From: a virus
Lineage: Duplodnaviria > Caudoviricetes
Virus record (IMG/VR): IMGVR_UViG_3300020045_006106
Span: 1-33,590 of that record
DNA: 33,590 nucleotides
Reading direction: 5' to 3' (one strand)
Both the position numbers and the translations under genes were made by a program. The notes under the pieces are model-generated. The model was given only the letters and a program-made list of their open reading frames with translations, was not told where the DNA came from and made no database searches. This document shows, piece by piece, positions 18,192 to 25,394 of the stretch (its first letter is position 1; every line of letters begins with the position of its first letter).

Positions 18192-19600
18192 TGCCAAGGC
18201 CACCCGTCCCACTGAAAAAAAACACTCTTGGACTGTTGCCTTTAGCCAGCTCTCTGTACCCTCGCGGCGATGAAGATATTATTAGCGGTGGATCTTCTGC
18301 GTTAAGATACTTTGCTATCGGGGGGGAGGTTGGTCACGGTGACGTTATAATTGTAAAAACTGACGGGACATACGACTTTGGGACCAGAATAAAATCAAGT
18401 GCGGAGATTATCACTGTCGGCGATAGGGCATGGGTGGACGGAAGCGAGTTTGAAACAGTTGAATCATCCTTGTCTGATGGCGCAGCGATGAACTCAAGTG
18501 GCGGCGCTGACTCCAATGTTTTTCGTCTTTGTGAAGGATTTGCAGCTCGCGGTGAAAAAGCGGGAAGAGGCGATTGGGCGTGGGAGTCCCGCACCGAATC
18601 TCAGACGATAGGATCACCTTTCGGGGTTGCCGCATCAGCCACGCCGGATTTGAGGACTACCGGAAAAATAGCTGTTTCTTTTTCTATGCGTCACATGGGT
18701 TCCCTTAACTCAATGCGTCTAGCTTATTACACCGCGTCAACAAATCCACAGAATTTAATCGGGTCAGATACCTCGACTTTTGAATATGGCGAGACAATAA
18801 CTGGAACAAAATCAGGCGGCGGTGCGTTCACGGGCACACTGATAGCTGTCAATACGTCAAATAGTTCAGTAATGTTTATCCCGAATGGTTCGTACAACTC
18901 AACAGATAACAATGGTGCCACTTTCACAGGGGACATTAGCGGCGCTTCAGTTACTTTAGGGGCTGCAGGATATACAATTCCGCTCGCAAACAAACCGATC
19001 AGAATGTCTACAAACAATAGCGAGTTTCCTGACTCTTCTGACGAAGTCGGTCTGGATTTTATAACAACATCTGACGCTCAGTTCGCACACAAACTCCGCG
19101 GGTTTCCCGATGTACTGGAGGACGAAAGACCGCAGGCAACAATAAATCAATCTGGAAACGAATGGGAAAGTTGGTTATATATCATTGACTATAGCGGGTC
19201 TGAGTTTGTTAGCAAAACGTATAGAAATGGCGAGCTTTACGAATATACATTCCCCAATGCAAGCGATCTTGATCTCGAAAAGATACTGCACCAATTAGCG
19301 GTTATTCAATTTGCGTATGATTGGGGAGGGAGTACAAACCCAACTCTTATTAGAGCAAGAATGAAAAACTTCTGTCTTGATTATAATGTTTCAGGGGCAA
19401 CAATTGGCGATGCAGCAGCGCTTGAGGATTGTACCCAAGTCGGTCACTGCGGAGTGGTTCAAACGCAAACTAATCAGCTTTCATTAATCCGAAATTACGG
19501 CGACATAGAAACCGGATCTCAGTGCTATTTGTTTGTCAGAGGCACTAGTGGGGAATACGTTAATTCAAACTCTGGACTACCCATAGGGGAAGCACCGTAA
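18188..19600 (+). CDS. Large Ser/Thr/Gly-rich beta protein, putative virion-associated
   Basis: 470 aa, ATGA-coupled to endolysin; contains 'FEYGETITG...ATFTGDISGAS' module. Confidence 0.55.
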   Translation: MMPRPPVPLKKNTLGLLPLASSLYPRGDEDIISGGSSALRYFAIGGEVGHGDVIIVKTDGTYDFGTRIKSSAEIITVGDRAWVDGSEFETVESSLSDGAAMNSSGGADSNVFRLCEGFAARGEKAGRGDWAWESRTESQTIGSPFGVAASATPDLRTTGKIAVSFSMRHMGSLNSMRLAYYTASTNPQNLIGSDTSTFEYGETITGTKSGGGAFTGTLIAVNTSNSSVMFIPNGSYNSTDNNGATFTGDISGASVTLGAAGYTIPLANKPIRMSTNNSEFPDSSDEVGLDFITTSDAQFAHKLRGFPDVLEDERPQATINQSGNEWESWLYIIDYSGSEFVSKTYRNGELYEYTFPNASDLDLEKILHQLAVIQFAYDWGGSTNPTLIRARMKNFCLDYNVSGATIGDAAALEDCTQVGHCGVVQTQTNQLSLIRNYGDIETGSQCYLFVRGTSGEYVNSNSGLPIGEAP

Positions 19601-21099
19601 TGGGCGTAAAAATTTATGATCAGCAGCAAATAACAGGGCTGACAATCTCTGGCACTACAGACGGTGCGGGGAGCTGGACGATAGGGGTTGATACGTCTGC
19701 GCAACTTTCTTCCATGCCAGTTAATTCTCCCGGGTTATTGATTAAGGTCTCGAATACTAATGCGTCCCCTCGGTGGGCGGGCATCAGAACAACTGGAGTT
19801 GGAACGGCAGAATTTCAAAAGGATATGACTGGCAACTCTTCTGAGTTTTGGTTTATCCCGTTCACTCTGCCGGACAGCGACCTAGATTTTTATCTTGAGT
19901 CAACGGATGTAACATTCCGAGTGATTTGCGCTCTGGATGAACTGTGGGTTTTATTCCCGATAGCTTCGAGACCAACCGTACCTAGCACTGGCACATCGTG
20001 GTTATCGCGCACACTGACCGATTGCGCCGAGAATAGCGCTGTGATAACCACCGGATCAAGATGGCGGCCGACCGGTGAGACTACAAATCTTACTAATGCA
20101 TTATCAGGCCAGCAGCTTGTTAAGCTGGACGGTTCAAAGGCAGTTGAGTTCAATACAGGCGGCGCGTCTCTTTCTGTTATTGGGTATCACACGGGCACCA
20201 CGACGTGGCCAGCGTGGCTATCAGATACGGTTAGTTATACTGCAAACAGCTCATGGCAAAACGCGGCAACATCTTATCCAGGAAAGCGGCTGCTTTTTCT
20301 TCAGTGGGACAAAACTGGGGCGGGGTTTGATATTGATTTTAGAGCTAGGGGGTCTAGCTACAACCCAACTTCAGCGGGCGTACAAGTTGATGAAAGTTTT
20401 TTTTCGCCAATGGACGCCAGCGGGCAGTGGGACTATTTTGCAGAGACAGGATCAACGGGGACATTGTACGCACTAGCGACCATTCCGGATGTTGAGACGG
20501 CTGCGATCAATATAACTAACATCGATCAACTCATAGCGGGGGAAGAGTCGGTATTAACGGTAGATAGTCCGCTTGTTATAGACTCGGTTTCAGTTTCGGA
20601 CGGCAGTGTTACGGTAATTTGTGACGCCGTTTCTATTGATGACGAAAACGCAAATTTTTTTGCACCTGAATGGACTGATGGCGAGGTAGGATTAAAATAC
20701 GGGGCGGTAACTGTTACAGCTACTGACGGTACGGATATAACTGAACCGTACTCCGATGACATAGGTATCGAATCCGGATATAGCGTAGTCACGCTAGATA
20801 GCGTATCGCCCAGCAACTACGGTGCAATTGCAACGCCACCGTATTCGCCAGCTCTGGAGATTGGAAGTCAGGTAAGATTCAATCCACTTGAGATCACTGT
20901 TAGTTTGAATGGGGTGGTCGGGTCTGTTGGGGATTTTGAAGGGGTTTCTTCGATAGCGGATTTAACTGGCGGGGTCGTAAGATTTGGCACGATAACAGTC
21001 AGTGGCGGCGGAGGAGTGGTTACAGATGGCGCCCTAACCAGCATCAGCCTAACCTCTATCGGGCTGACATCAATCAGTCCGACTTCGGTGGGGCTATGA
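19600..21099 (+). CDS. Large acidic Ser/Thr-rich protein, putative virion-associated
   Basis: 499 aa; C-terminal LTSIS/LTSIG pentapeptide repeats. Confidence 0.55.
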   Translation: MGVKIYDQQQITGLTISGTTDGAGSWTIGVDTSAQLSSMPVNSPGLLIKVSNTNASPRWAGIRTTGVGTAEFQKDMTGNSSEFWFIPFTLPDSDLDFYLESTDVTFRVICALDELWVLFPIASRPTVPSTGTSWLSRTLTDCAENSAVITTGSRWRPTGETTNLTNALSGQQLVKLDGSKAVEFNTGGASLSVIGYHTGTTTWPAWLSDTVSYTANSSWQNAATSYPGKRLLFLQWDKTGAGFDIDFRARGSSYNPTSAGVQVDESFFSPMDASGQWDYFAETGSTGTLYALATIPDVETAAINITNIDQLIAGEESVLTVDSPLVIDSVSVSDGSVTVICDAVSIDDENANFFAPEWTDGEVGLKYGAVTVTATDGTDITEPYSDDIGIESGYSVVTLDSVSPSNYGAIATPPYSPALEIGSQVRFNPLEITVSLNGVVGSVGDFEGVSSIADLTGGVVRFGTITVSGGGGVVTDGALTSISLTSIGLTSISPTSVGL

Positions 21100-21602
21100 T
21101 AAGTAAGCCCCTGCTAATTGCGATTGCCGTGTTAGTCACGCTGCTTGGATTGGCCTCGTTTGGCCTTTACAAGCAAGTGCAGGCCAATGGCGCGTTGGCG
21201 TCCAAGTTGAAGCAGCAAAAGGCCAATGTGTTTGCGCACCATGTCGCATGGAAATTTACCGATGGCGTAATGTCATCACAAAGAGAGACTGTTAAGAATG
21301 CAGAAGTTAAAACCGATTTACATGCTGGCAGTGTTGCTGCCGCTGACGATGTTGCAAACAGGTTGCGCGACCAACTCGAAACCTACATTGCAGAATCCGC
21401 CGATGATCGTGCCGGATTTGCCGAGTATCGCAAAGCAGCCGAAGCAAAGCATAGAGTGCTTGCCGACATGTACCGAGAAGCTGACCGCCGCGCGGGAATC
21501 TACGCTGATCAAGCTGACAAAAACAAAATAGCAGGTGATGCGTGCGAGTCTGCTTACGATGAGCTTGTCGGCTGGATTCGCAAAACATACGGCGTAAAAT
21601 AA
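21096..21602 (+). CDS. Inner-membrane spanin (Rz-like, DUF2514-like)
   Basis: N-terminal TM, helical body, 'ADRRAGIYADQAD...AGDACESAYD'. Confidence 0.8.
   Translation: MISKPLLIAIAVLVTLLGLASFGLYKQVQANGALASKLKQQKANVFAHHVAWKFTDGVMSSQRETVKNAEVKTDLHAGSVAAADDVANRLRDQLETYIAESADDRAGFAEYRKAAEAKHRVLADMYREADRRAGIYADQADKNKIAGDACESAYDELVGWIRKTYGVK
21298..21531 (+). CDS. Outer-membrane spanin lipoprotein (Rz1-like), embedded in +1 frame
   Basis: Signal peptide with lipobox-like 'LQTGC', Pro-rich mature part with CLPTC; fully nested in the Rz-like gene. Confidence 0.75.
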   Translation: MQKLKPIYMLAVLLPLTMLQTGCATNSKPTLQNPPMIVPDLPSIAKQPKQSIECLPTCTEKLTAARESTLIKLTKTK

Positions 21603-21726
21603 AACCGTGGATATACGGATCGCCCATCAAAATAACGTGCCAACTTTTAAGCCTTTGATTTAGCTATTAAATTTCAGGCTTAATTTTGGAGTTTTGCTGG
21701 GTAGGCCGTATATTCCGCTGTTAGCC
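21599..21726. repeat. attC-like boundary site (left end of cassette array)
   Basis: Imperfect palindrome AAC-CGTGG-ATATACGG...CCGTATAT-TCCGCT-GTTAGCC with inner AAGCCT...AGGCTT stem; GTTAGCC 21720-21726 is the core site of cassette 1. Confidence 0.65.
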
Positions 21727-21738
21727 AAGGGGGCTTCG

Positions 21739-22341
21739 ATGAAATGTTATCAGTGCGACCGACCTCCTATGTATGAAGTGGGAGAAGCGTGCATTCCCCT
21801 TTGTCTTGAATGTTATTTCAAGTTAATGCAAATTGAGCAGCAGAAATATGAAAATAATGAGCGCATGTTAAATTACCTTCATGACCAAGCTTCTGCAATT
21901 GTGGGAATACCTTCTTTGTTTCCACGCTTTCCGCCTCGCCCTCAACCAGTAATAGTTTCAGGAGCCAAATTGCAAAATATTAATGTTAATAACAGCGTTG
22001 TTGGAACTATTAATACCGGATCTATAGGAACCGTAGATCAATCAATTAGCGCATTGATCCAAACCGGTGAACCTAAACTTGCAGAGGCAATTAAGTCTCT
22101 TTCGGAAGCAATATTACAAAGTGGTGATCTAACTCGGAATCAAAAGAACGAACTTATAGAAAGTTTGAGTGTTCTTTCAAAGGAGGCTGCCACTCCTTTA
22201 GAGCAACGGCAAAATACTGTTGCAGTATCTCTTCTTGAGAAAGCTATTAAGCTAACGAGCCTGGCCAATGACATTACCGACGTGTGTAATAAGTGGTGGC
22301 CGGTTCTTGCTGTAGCATTTGGTGTTTCTCAAAACGGCTAA
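21739..22341 (+). CDS. Cassette 1 gene: 200-aa hypothetical with N-terminal CxxC..CxxC
   Basis: RBS AAGGGGG just after core site; ATG 21739; TAA stop lies inside R'' GGCTAAC. Confidence 0.8.
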   Translation: MKCYQCDRPPMYEVGEACIPLCLECYFKLMQIEQQKYENNERMLNYLHDQASAIVGIPSLFPRFPPRPQPVIVSGAKLQNINVNNSVVGTINTGSIGTVDQSISALIQTGEPKLAEAIKSLSEAILQSGDLTRNQKNELIESLSVLSKEAATPLEQRQNTVAVSLLEKAIKLTSLANDITDVCNKWWPVLAVAFGVSQNG

Positions 22342-22449
22342 CAAAGCAATCAAACGGATGGATTTTAAGTTGCGCTTTTGCCATTCCGCTTCGCTCCATT
22401 TTATGGCAAAAGCGCAACTTAAAAACCACCGTTTATCGCAACGTTATGA
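22336..22449 (+). repeat. attC site 1 (114 bp, canonical geometry)
   Basis: R'' GGCTAAC, 5-nt spacer, L'' AATCAAAC pairing with GTTTATC with one extra base, perfect 22-bp stem 22363-22384/22403-22424, R' GTTATGA. Confidence 0.9.
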
Positions 22450-22656
22450 CTTGCGCATCATCGCTTGAGAATATCGCTCAGTACTTGTGTAGTCGTAACT
22501 ATTCCCGCCCGTCTTGGTCTTCATGTATGAGACTCCACCTACACATTCCCACCCGTTTTCCAGCATCACACAAATATTTGTCGCTAGCTGCCGTTCGCAC
22601 GTATACCAAACAACTTCATATTCATATTTAACTTTTTTCTTTTTAAATGGCCACAT
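22444..22656 (-). CDS. Cassette 2 gene: 70-aa hypothetical
   Basis: RBS GGAG; 'NGWECVGGVS...YSQAMMRK' resembles DUF1737-like small proteins; stop is the TTA of core GTTA. Confidence 0.7.
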   Translation of the reverse strand: MWPFKKKKVKYEYEVVWYTCERQLATNICVMLENGWECVGGVSYMKTKTGGNSYDYTSTERYSQAMMRKS

Positions 22657-22679
22657 AGATCTCACTCCGTATTAATTGG

Positions 22680-22766
22680 TCATAACAAGGCGTTCCATCA
22701 CGGATGCCGCAAGAGCTCGCTCTGTAGTTGTTTTTGGTTCTGGCACCGCTGAACTCGGCGTTATGC
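22680..22766 (+). repeat. attC site 2 (87 bp)
   Basis: TCATAAC-AAGGC-GTTCCATCACGGATGCC...GGCACCGCTGAAC-TCGGC-GTTATGC. Confidence 0.85.
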
Positions 22767-23036
22767 TTGCCTGTAGTCGTAGATGTTTAGTGCGTATTCG
22801 TCAGGGTCGCATCCTCGCTCAAAAGCGCCGACCAAATAATTCGCCCGCTCAATTTTTTCACGAAGCCTGTCATTTTCTGCCGCCATTCCTAAGCACAACG
22901 CTTGCACCTCTTCAAAATGCACGTCGCTGCCGTGAATCCATCCATTAACTTTTTCAAAACTGCAATCAAATGGCAGTGTTATACCATCTACAGTTTCGGC
23001 CAGAGCTTTTCCGCTTTGGTCTATCGTTAGGCTCAT
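22761..23036 (-). CDS. Cassette 3 gene: 91-aa hypothetical phage-type protein
   Basis: RBS AGGA; short coiled segment 'AAENDRLREKIE'; stop is the TTA of core GTTA. Confidence 0.7.
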   Translation of the reverse strand: MSLTIDQSGKALAETVDGITLPFDCSFEKVNGWIHGSDVHFEEVQALCLGMAAENDRLREKIERANYLVGAFERGCDPDEYALNIYDYRQA

Positions 23037-23062
23037 AATTCAGTATCCTATCGTGGTTGTTT

Positions 23063-23149
23063 GCATAACAAGTCATTACAGCACCGACGCGGTTAGAGTC
23101 GGCAAATTAATTACTCTCGGTCAGCGCGCGGCTGAACTCGGCGTTATGA
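23063..23149 (+). repeat. attC site 3 (87 bp)
   Basis: GCATAAC-AAGTC-ATTACAGCACCGACGC...GCGCGGCTGAAC-TCGGC-GTTATGA. Confidence 0.85.
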
Positions 23150-23389
23150 CTATTGCCACTCTGAAAGAAGCTCGCCTAATCTTGCACGCAACTTATCGTC
23201 AAAAGGCATTCCATGTTCAAGCTGAGCTTTTATTGATTCAACTTTCTCAGCAAGCATCTTTTCGCCCCATGAAACACCGCATCTAAAAATATCAGCGGCC
23301 ATACTCGGCTTTCCAATATCATCCCCAAATCCATGAACTATAAGTCCAGTTTCTTCCGTTTTTGTTAAAGGTTTTTTGTGCATACTCAT
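23150..23389 (-). CDS. Cassette 4 gene: 79-aa hypothetical phage-type protein
   Basis: RBS GGAG; stop TAG immediately adjacent to core site. Confidence 0.7.
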   Translation of the reverse strand: MSMHKKPLTKTEETGLIVHGFGDDIGKPSMAADIFRCGVSWGEKMLAEKVESIKAQLEHGMPFDDKLRARLGELLSEWQ

Positions 23390-23414
23390 AGTTTTATCAC
23401 TCCGTATTAATTGG

Positions 23415-23500
23415 TCATAACAAGGCGTTACAGCGCGGATGCTGCAAGAGTTCGCCTTGTAGTTTGTTTAAATTGGGCACCGCTGAACTTGGCGTTACAT
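23415..23500 (+). repeat. attC site 4 (86 bp)
   Basis: TCATAAC-AAGGC-GTTACAGCGCGGATGC...GCACCGCTGAAC-TTGGC-GTTACAT; closely similar to attC site 2. Confidence 0.85.
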
Positions 23501-23662
23501 TCACTTGCCTGCCAGCTCTAACAGGCATTTTAATTTCGCGTTTTCACGTATTAGCGGTAGTGTTTCAGACTCCCATTTTTTGTGAGCTTTGTACTGTTGT
23601 ATGCAAGCTCCGGTAACAAATGACGCATACGCCGCAATAATTAAAAATCCAAAATATTCCAC
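23501..23662 (-). CDS. Cassette 5 gene: 53-aa small membrane protein (not in the ORF track)
   Basis: GTG start after AGGAG; MEYFGFLIIAAYASFVTGACIQQYKAHKKW...LELAGK; TGA adjacent to core site. Confidence 0.65.
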   Translation of the reverse strand: MEYFGFLIIAAYASFVTGACIQQYKAHKKWESETLPLIRENAKLKCLLELAGK

Positions 23663-23692
23663 AATACACTCCTAAATTAGTTCGCTATGTAA

Positions 23693-23720
23693 ATGTAACC
23701 AGTCGCAGCAACTGGACGGA
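23693..23720 (+). repeat. Left arm of a truncated attC site 5
   Basis: ATGTAAC (complement of GTTACAT 23494-23500), 5-nt spacer CAGTC, GCAGCAACTGGACG; no adjacent right arm. Confidence 0.6.
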
Positions 23721-23721
23721 A

Positions 23722-23940
23722 TTAACGCCTAGGCTTCAGGCAGTCTCCGGCCTTTGCGTTGCCGTATTGGCTTAATTCTTCATCCTGATAAACCTCTGCA
23801 TTGATCCAGCGAGTGTATGCGCAGTTTGGAAATATGTGCCAGATTACTGCTGTAACAATCACCCATAAAATACCGCACGCAAGAATGCCAATACAAAGGC
23901 CGCTGATTACAATTGCTAAAGCTAAGATTTCGGTTTGCAT
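23722..23940 (-). CDS. Small membrane protein
   Basis: RBS GAGG; long N-terminal hydrophobic stretch. Confidence 0.6.
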   Translation of the reverse strand: MQTEILALAIVISGLCIGILACGILWVIVTAVIWHIFPNCAYTRWINAEVYQDEELSQYGNAKAGDCLKPRR

Positions 23941-24088
23941 AAATCTATCCTCTTGCTTGGTAAATGTTTCTGCTTAGCCGCTTCGGCCTCGCGTGATATT
24001 TTTGCGCCTTGCGTGATAATTCTGAATCAGTCGTTTCCGGTTTTAACGCCGGTTGTGCCGGTTGGGATTATGGTTACTGTTGGCCGAC

Positions 24089-24439
24089 TCATTTCAGTAG
24101 CTCATCGTTTTGATAGATATTACCTGCGACAATAAAGTTGCCGCCACGCGCTAAAATTAGCTCGTCACATTCAAAAGAAGCGCTAAACTCAGACCGGTAA
24201 ACCTTTCCATAGACATTAAATATTCCATCTTTCAATATGTCACCTTCAAAAATATTCACACCGTTTCTGTCGGTTAGTCCGGTGAATTGCAGCAACTCAA
24301 GATCAATAAATCCAAAAGTGTGCGTTGAATTATGATCAAGTGATTGGCATCCTGCGATGCTGTTATCAAAATCCAACTGGTACACGTTGTACATTTTTTG
24401 GTGGTATTTATTCCAAGCCCTAAAAAGTATCTCTCTCAT
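24089..24439 (-). CDS. YopX family protein
   Basis: 'MREILFRAW', 'QFTGLTDRNGVNIFEGDIL', 'AGNIYQNDELL'. Confidence 0.9.
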   Translation of the reverse strand: MREILFRAWNKYHQKMYNVYQLDFDNSIAGCQSLDHNSTHTFGFIDLELLQFTGLTDRNGVNIFEGDILKDGIFNVYGKVYRSEFSASFECDELILARGGNFIVAGNIYQNDELLK

Positions 24440-24831
24440 CAACAAAACTCCTTTCCTGTGCCGCTAAAACCTGCGTCGATTTCGGCTTGGTTAAAGTTGC
24501 GGTATTTGTAATCTGGATCAACTAAGCACCGTCCACATGAATCATCGCGCAAGTAGTCCATCATTGAGTCAGCCTCCAGAGCATCGTCAATGCCTTGGTT
24601 GTATGCGTCGATAGCGTCTTGGCACTGGATTTCCCAAAGCGAATAAACTTGATTTTTTGCTTCATTGCTTGATTCCATGTACCAAATACCAACATCAGCA
24701 GTCATTTTGTCATCCAAAAACGCAGCCATGCACAAATCACCAAAACCTTGCGCAACTAAATCCAGCAAATCCGGCACATATCCCGCCTTTGTTTTGTGGA
24801 TCGACTCGCAGAATTCTTTGAAGTAAGACAT
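24439..24831 (-). CDS. Hypothetical protein
   Basis: 130-aa ORF coupled to YopX gene; RBS GAGG. Confidence 0.65.
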   Translation of the reverse strand: MSYFKEFCESIHKTKAGYVPDLLDLVAQGFGDLCMAAFLDDKMTADVGIWYMESSNEAKNQVYSLWEIQCQDAIDAYNQGIDDALEADSMMDYLRDDSCGRCLVDPDYKYRNFNQAEIDAGFSGTGKEFC

Positions 24832-24832
24832 T

Positions 24833-25114
24833 TTAAATTTCCTCTCCGCTAATATTATATTTTTCTAGCCTTTCGATTGCAGAATCAAGTGTTGGGCCGG
24901 TAACCATTCCAAATGGGCCATCATTATCACGGAAAAATTTAAGCTCCTTTAATGCAGCCTCAACATCACAAATCATTTCAACAACAAGTTTTGAATGGCA
25001 GGCATTGAAACCATCCTCAAAAGCAAAAACCTCTTTTTTTGGTCTTTCGGTATGACTCCACTCATCAAGGCATTCATTTTTTACTGATTGTCCTCTTTCA
25101 AATATGGCTGACAT
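24833..25114 (-). CDS. Hypothetical protein
   Basis: Tightly packed ORF; 'AFEDGFNAC' motif common in small phage proteins. Confidence 0.65.
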   Translation of the reverse strand: MSAIFERGQSVKNECLDEWSHTERPKKEVFAFEDGFNACHSKLVVEMICDVEAALKELKFFRDNDGPFGMVTGPTLDSAIERLEKYNISGEEI

Positions 25115-25306
25115 TTAATACCATCCTTTTAGTTGTTGAAATATACGATTAAACGTGTGAGAAGTTAAAACAATATATTGACCCTCAAGTGATTTTTTTA
25201 CAAAGCAATCAACTTCTGATCCGTCAAATTTAACGCCAGTAAACTCAAACCCTTCTTTGTTAGGAAGTGATGACTTTGGTTTTAGCTTTTCAGGTAGTTT
25301 TTTCAT
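25115..25306 (-). CDS. Hypothetical protein
   Basis: RBS GGAG; abuts downstream gene. Confidence 0.6.
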   Translation of the reverse strand: MKKLPEKLKPKSSLPNKEGFEFTGVKFDGSEVDCFVKKSLEGQYIVLTSHTFNRIFQQLKGWY

Positions 25307-25394
25307 TCCAACTTACTCCATCGCTTTATTGATGACCCAATATTACATATTTGAATTGTTAATATGGGTAAGCTATGTGTTAAGTTGAGTTAAG

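Larger units (their letters stand above)
21599..23720 (+). mobile_element. Integron-like gene-cassette array without integrase in window (CALIN-like), five cassettes
   Basis: Cassettes 21721-22443, 22444-22760, 22761-23143, 23144-23494 and 23495-~23720; each opening GTT core is the exact reverse complement of the AAC core closing the same cassette. Confidence 0.9.

Noticed and set aside
14295-21099. Diversity-generating retroelement acting on fibre genes
   Set aside because: No reverse transcriptase and no adenine-mismatched TR/VR repeat pair noticed
21694-21738. TTG start at 21694 for the cassette 1 gene
   Set aside because: It lies inside the boundary site; ATG 21739 has an RBS and is inside the cassette
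22293-23286. + strand ORFs 22293..22631, 22676..22948 and 23053..23286
   Set aside because: They run through attC sites and lack RBSs; the - strand ORFs fit cassette limits exactly and have RBSs
22336-23500. CRISPR array or REP/MITE interpretation of the repeats
   Set aside because: Repeats are 86-114 bp, divergent, separated by whole genes and show attC core-site complementarity; no cas genes, no target-site duplications
21599-23720. Integron integrase or shufflon invertase near the array
   Set aside because: No ORF in the window shows tyrosine- or serine-recombinase motifs
23941-24092. 21-codon - strand ORF (24092-24027) coupled to YopX, with frame open beyond its TGA; possible pseudogene or readthrough
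   Set aside because: Too short to support; TGA is used as a normal stop elsewhere in the window, so recoding is unsupported
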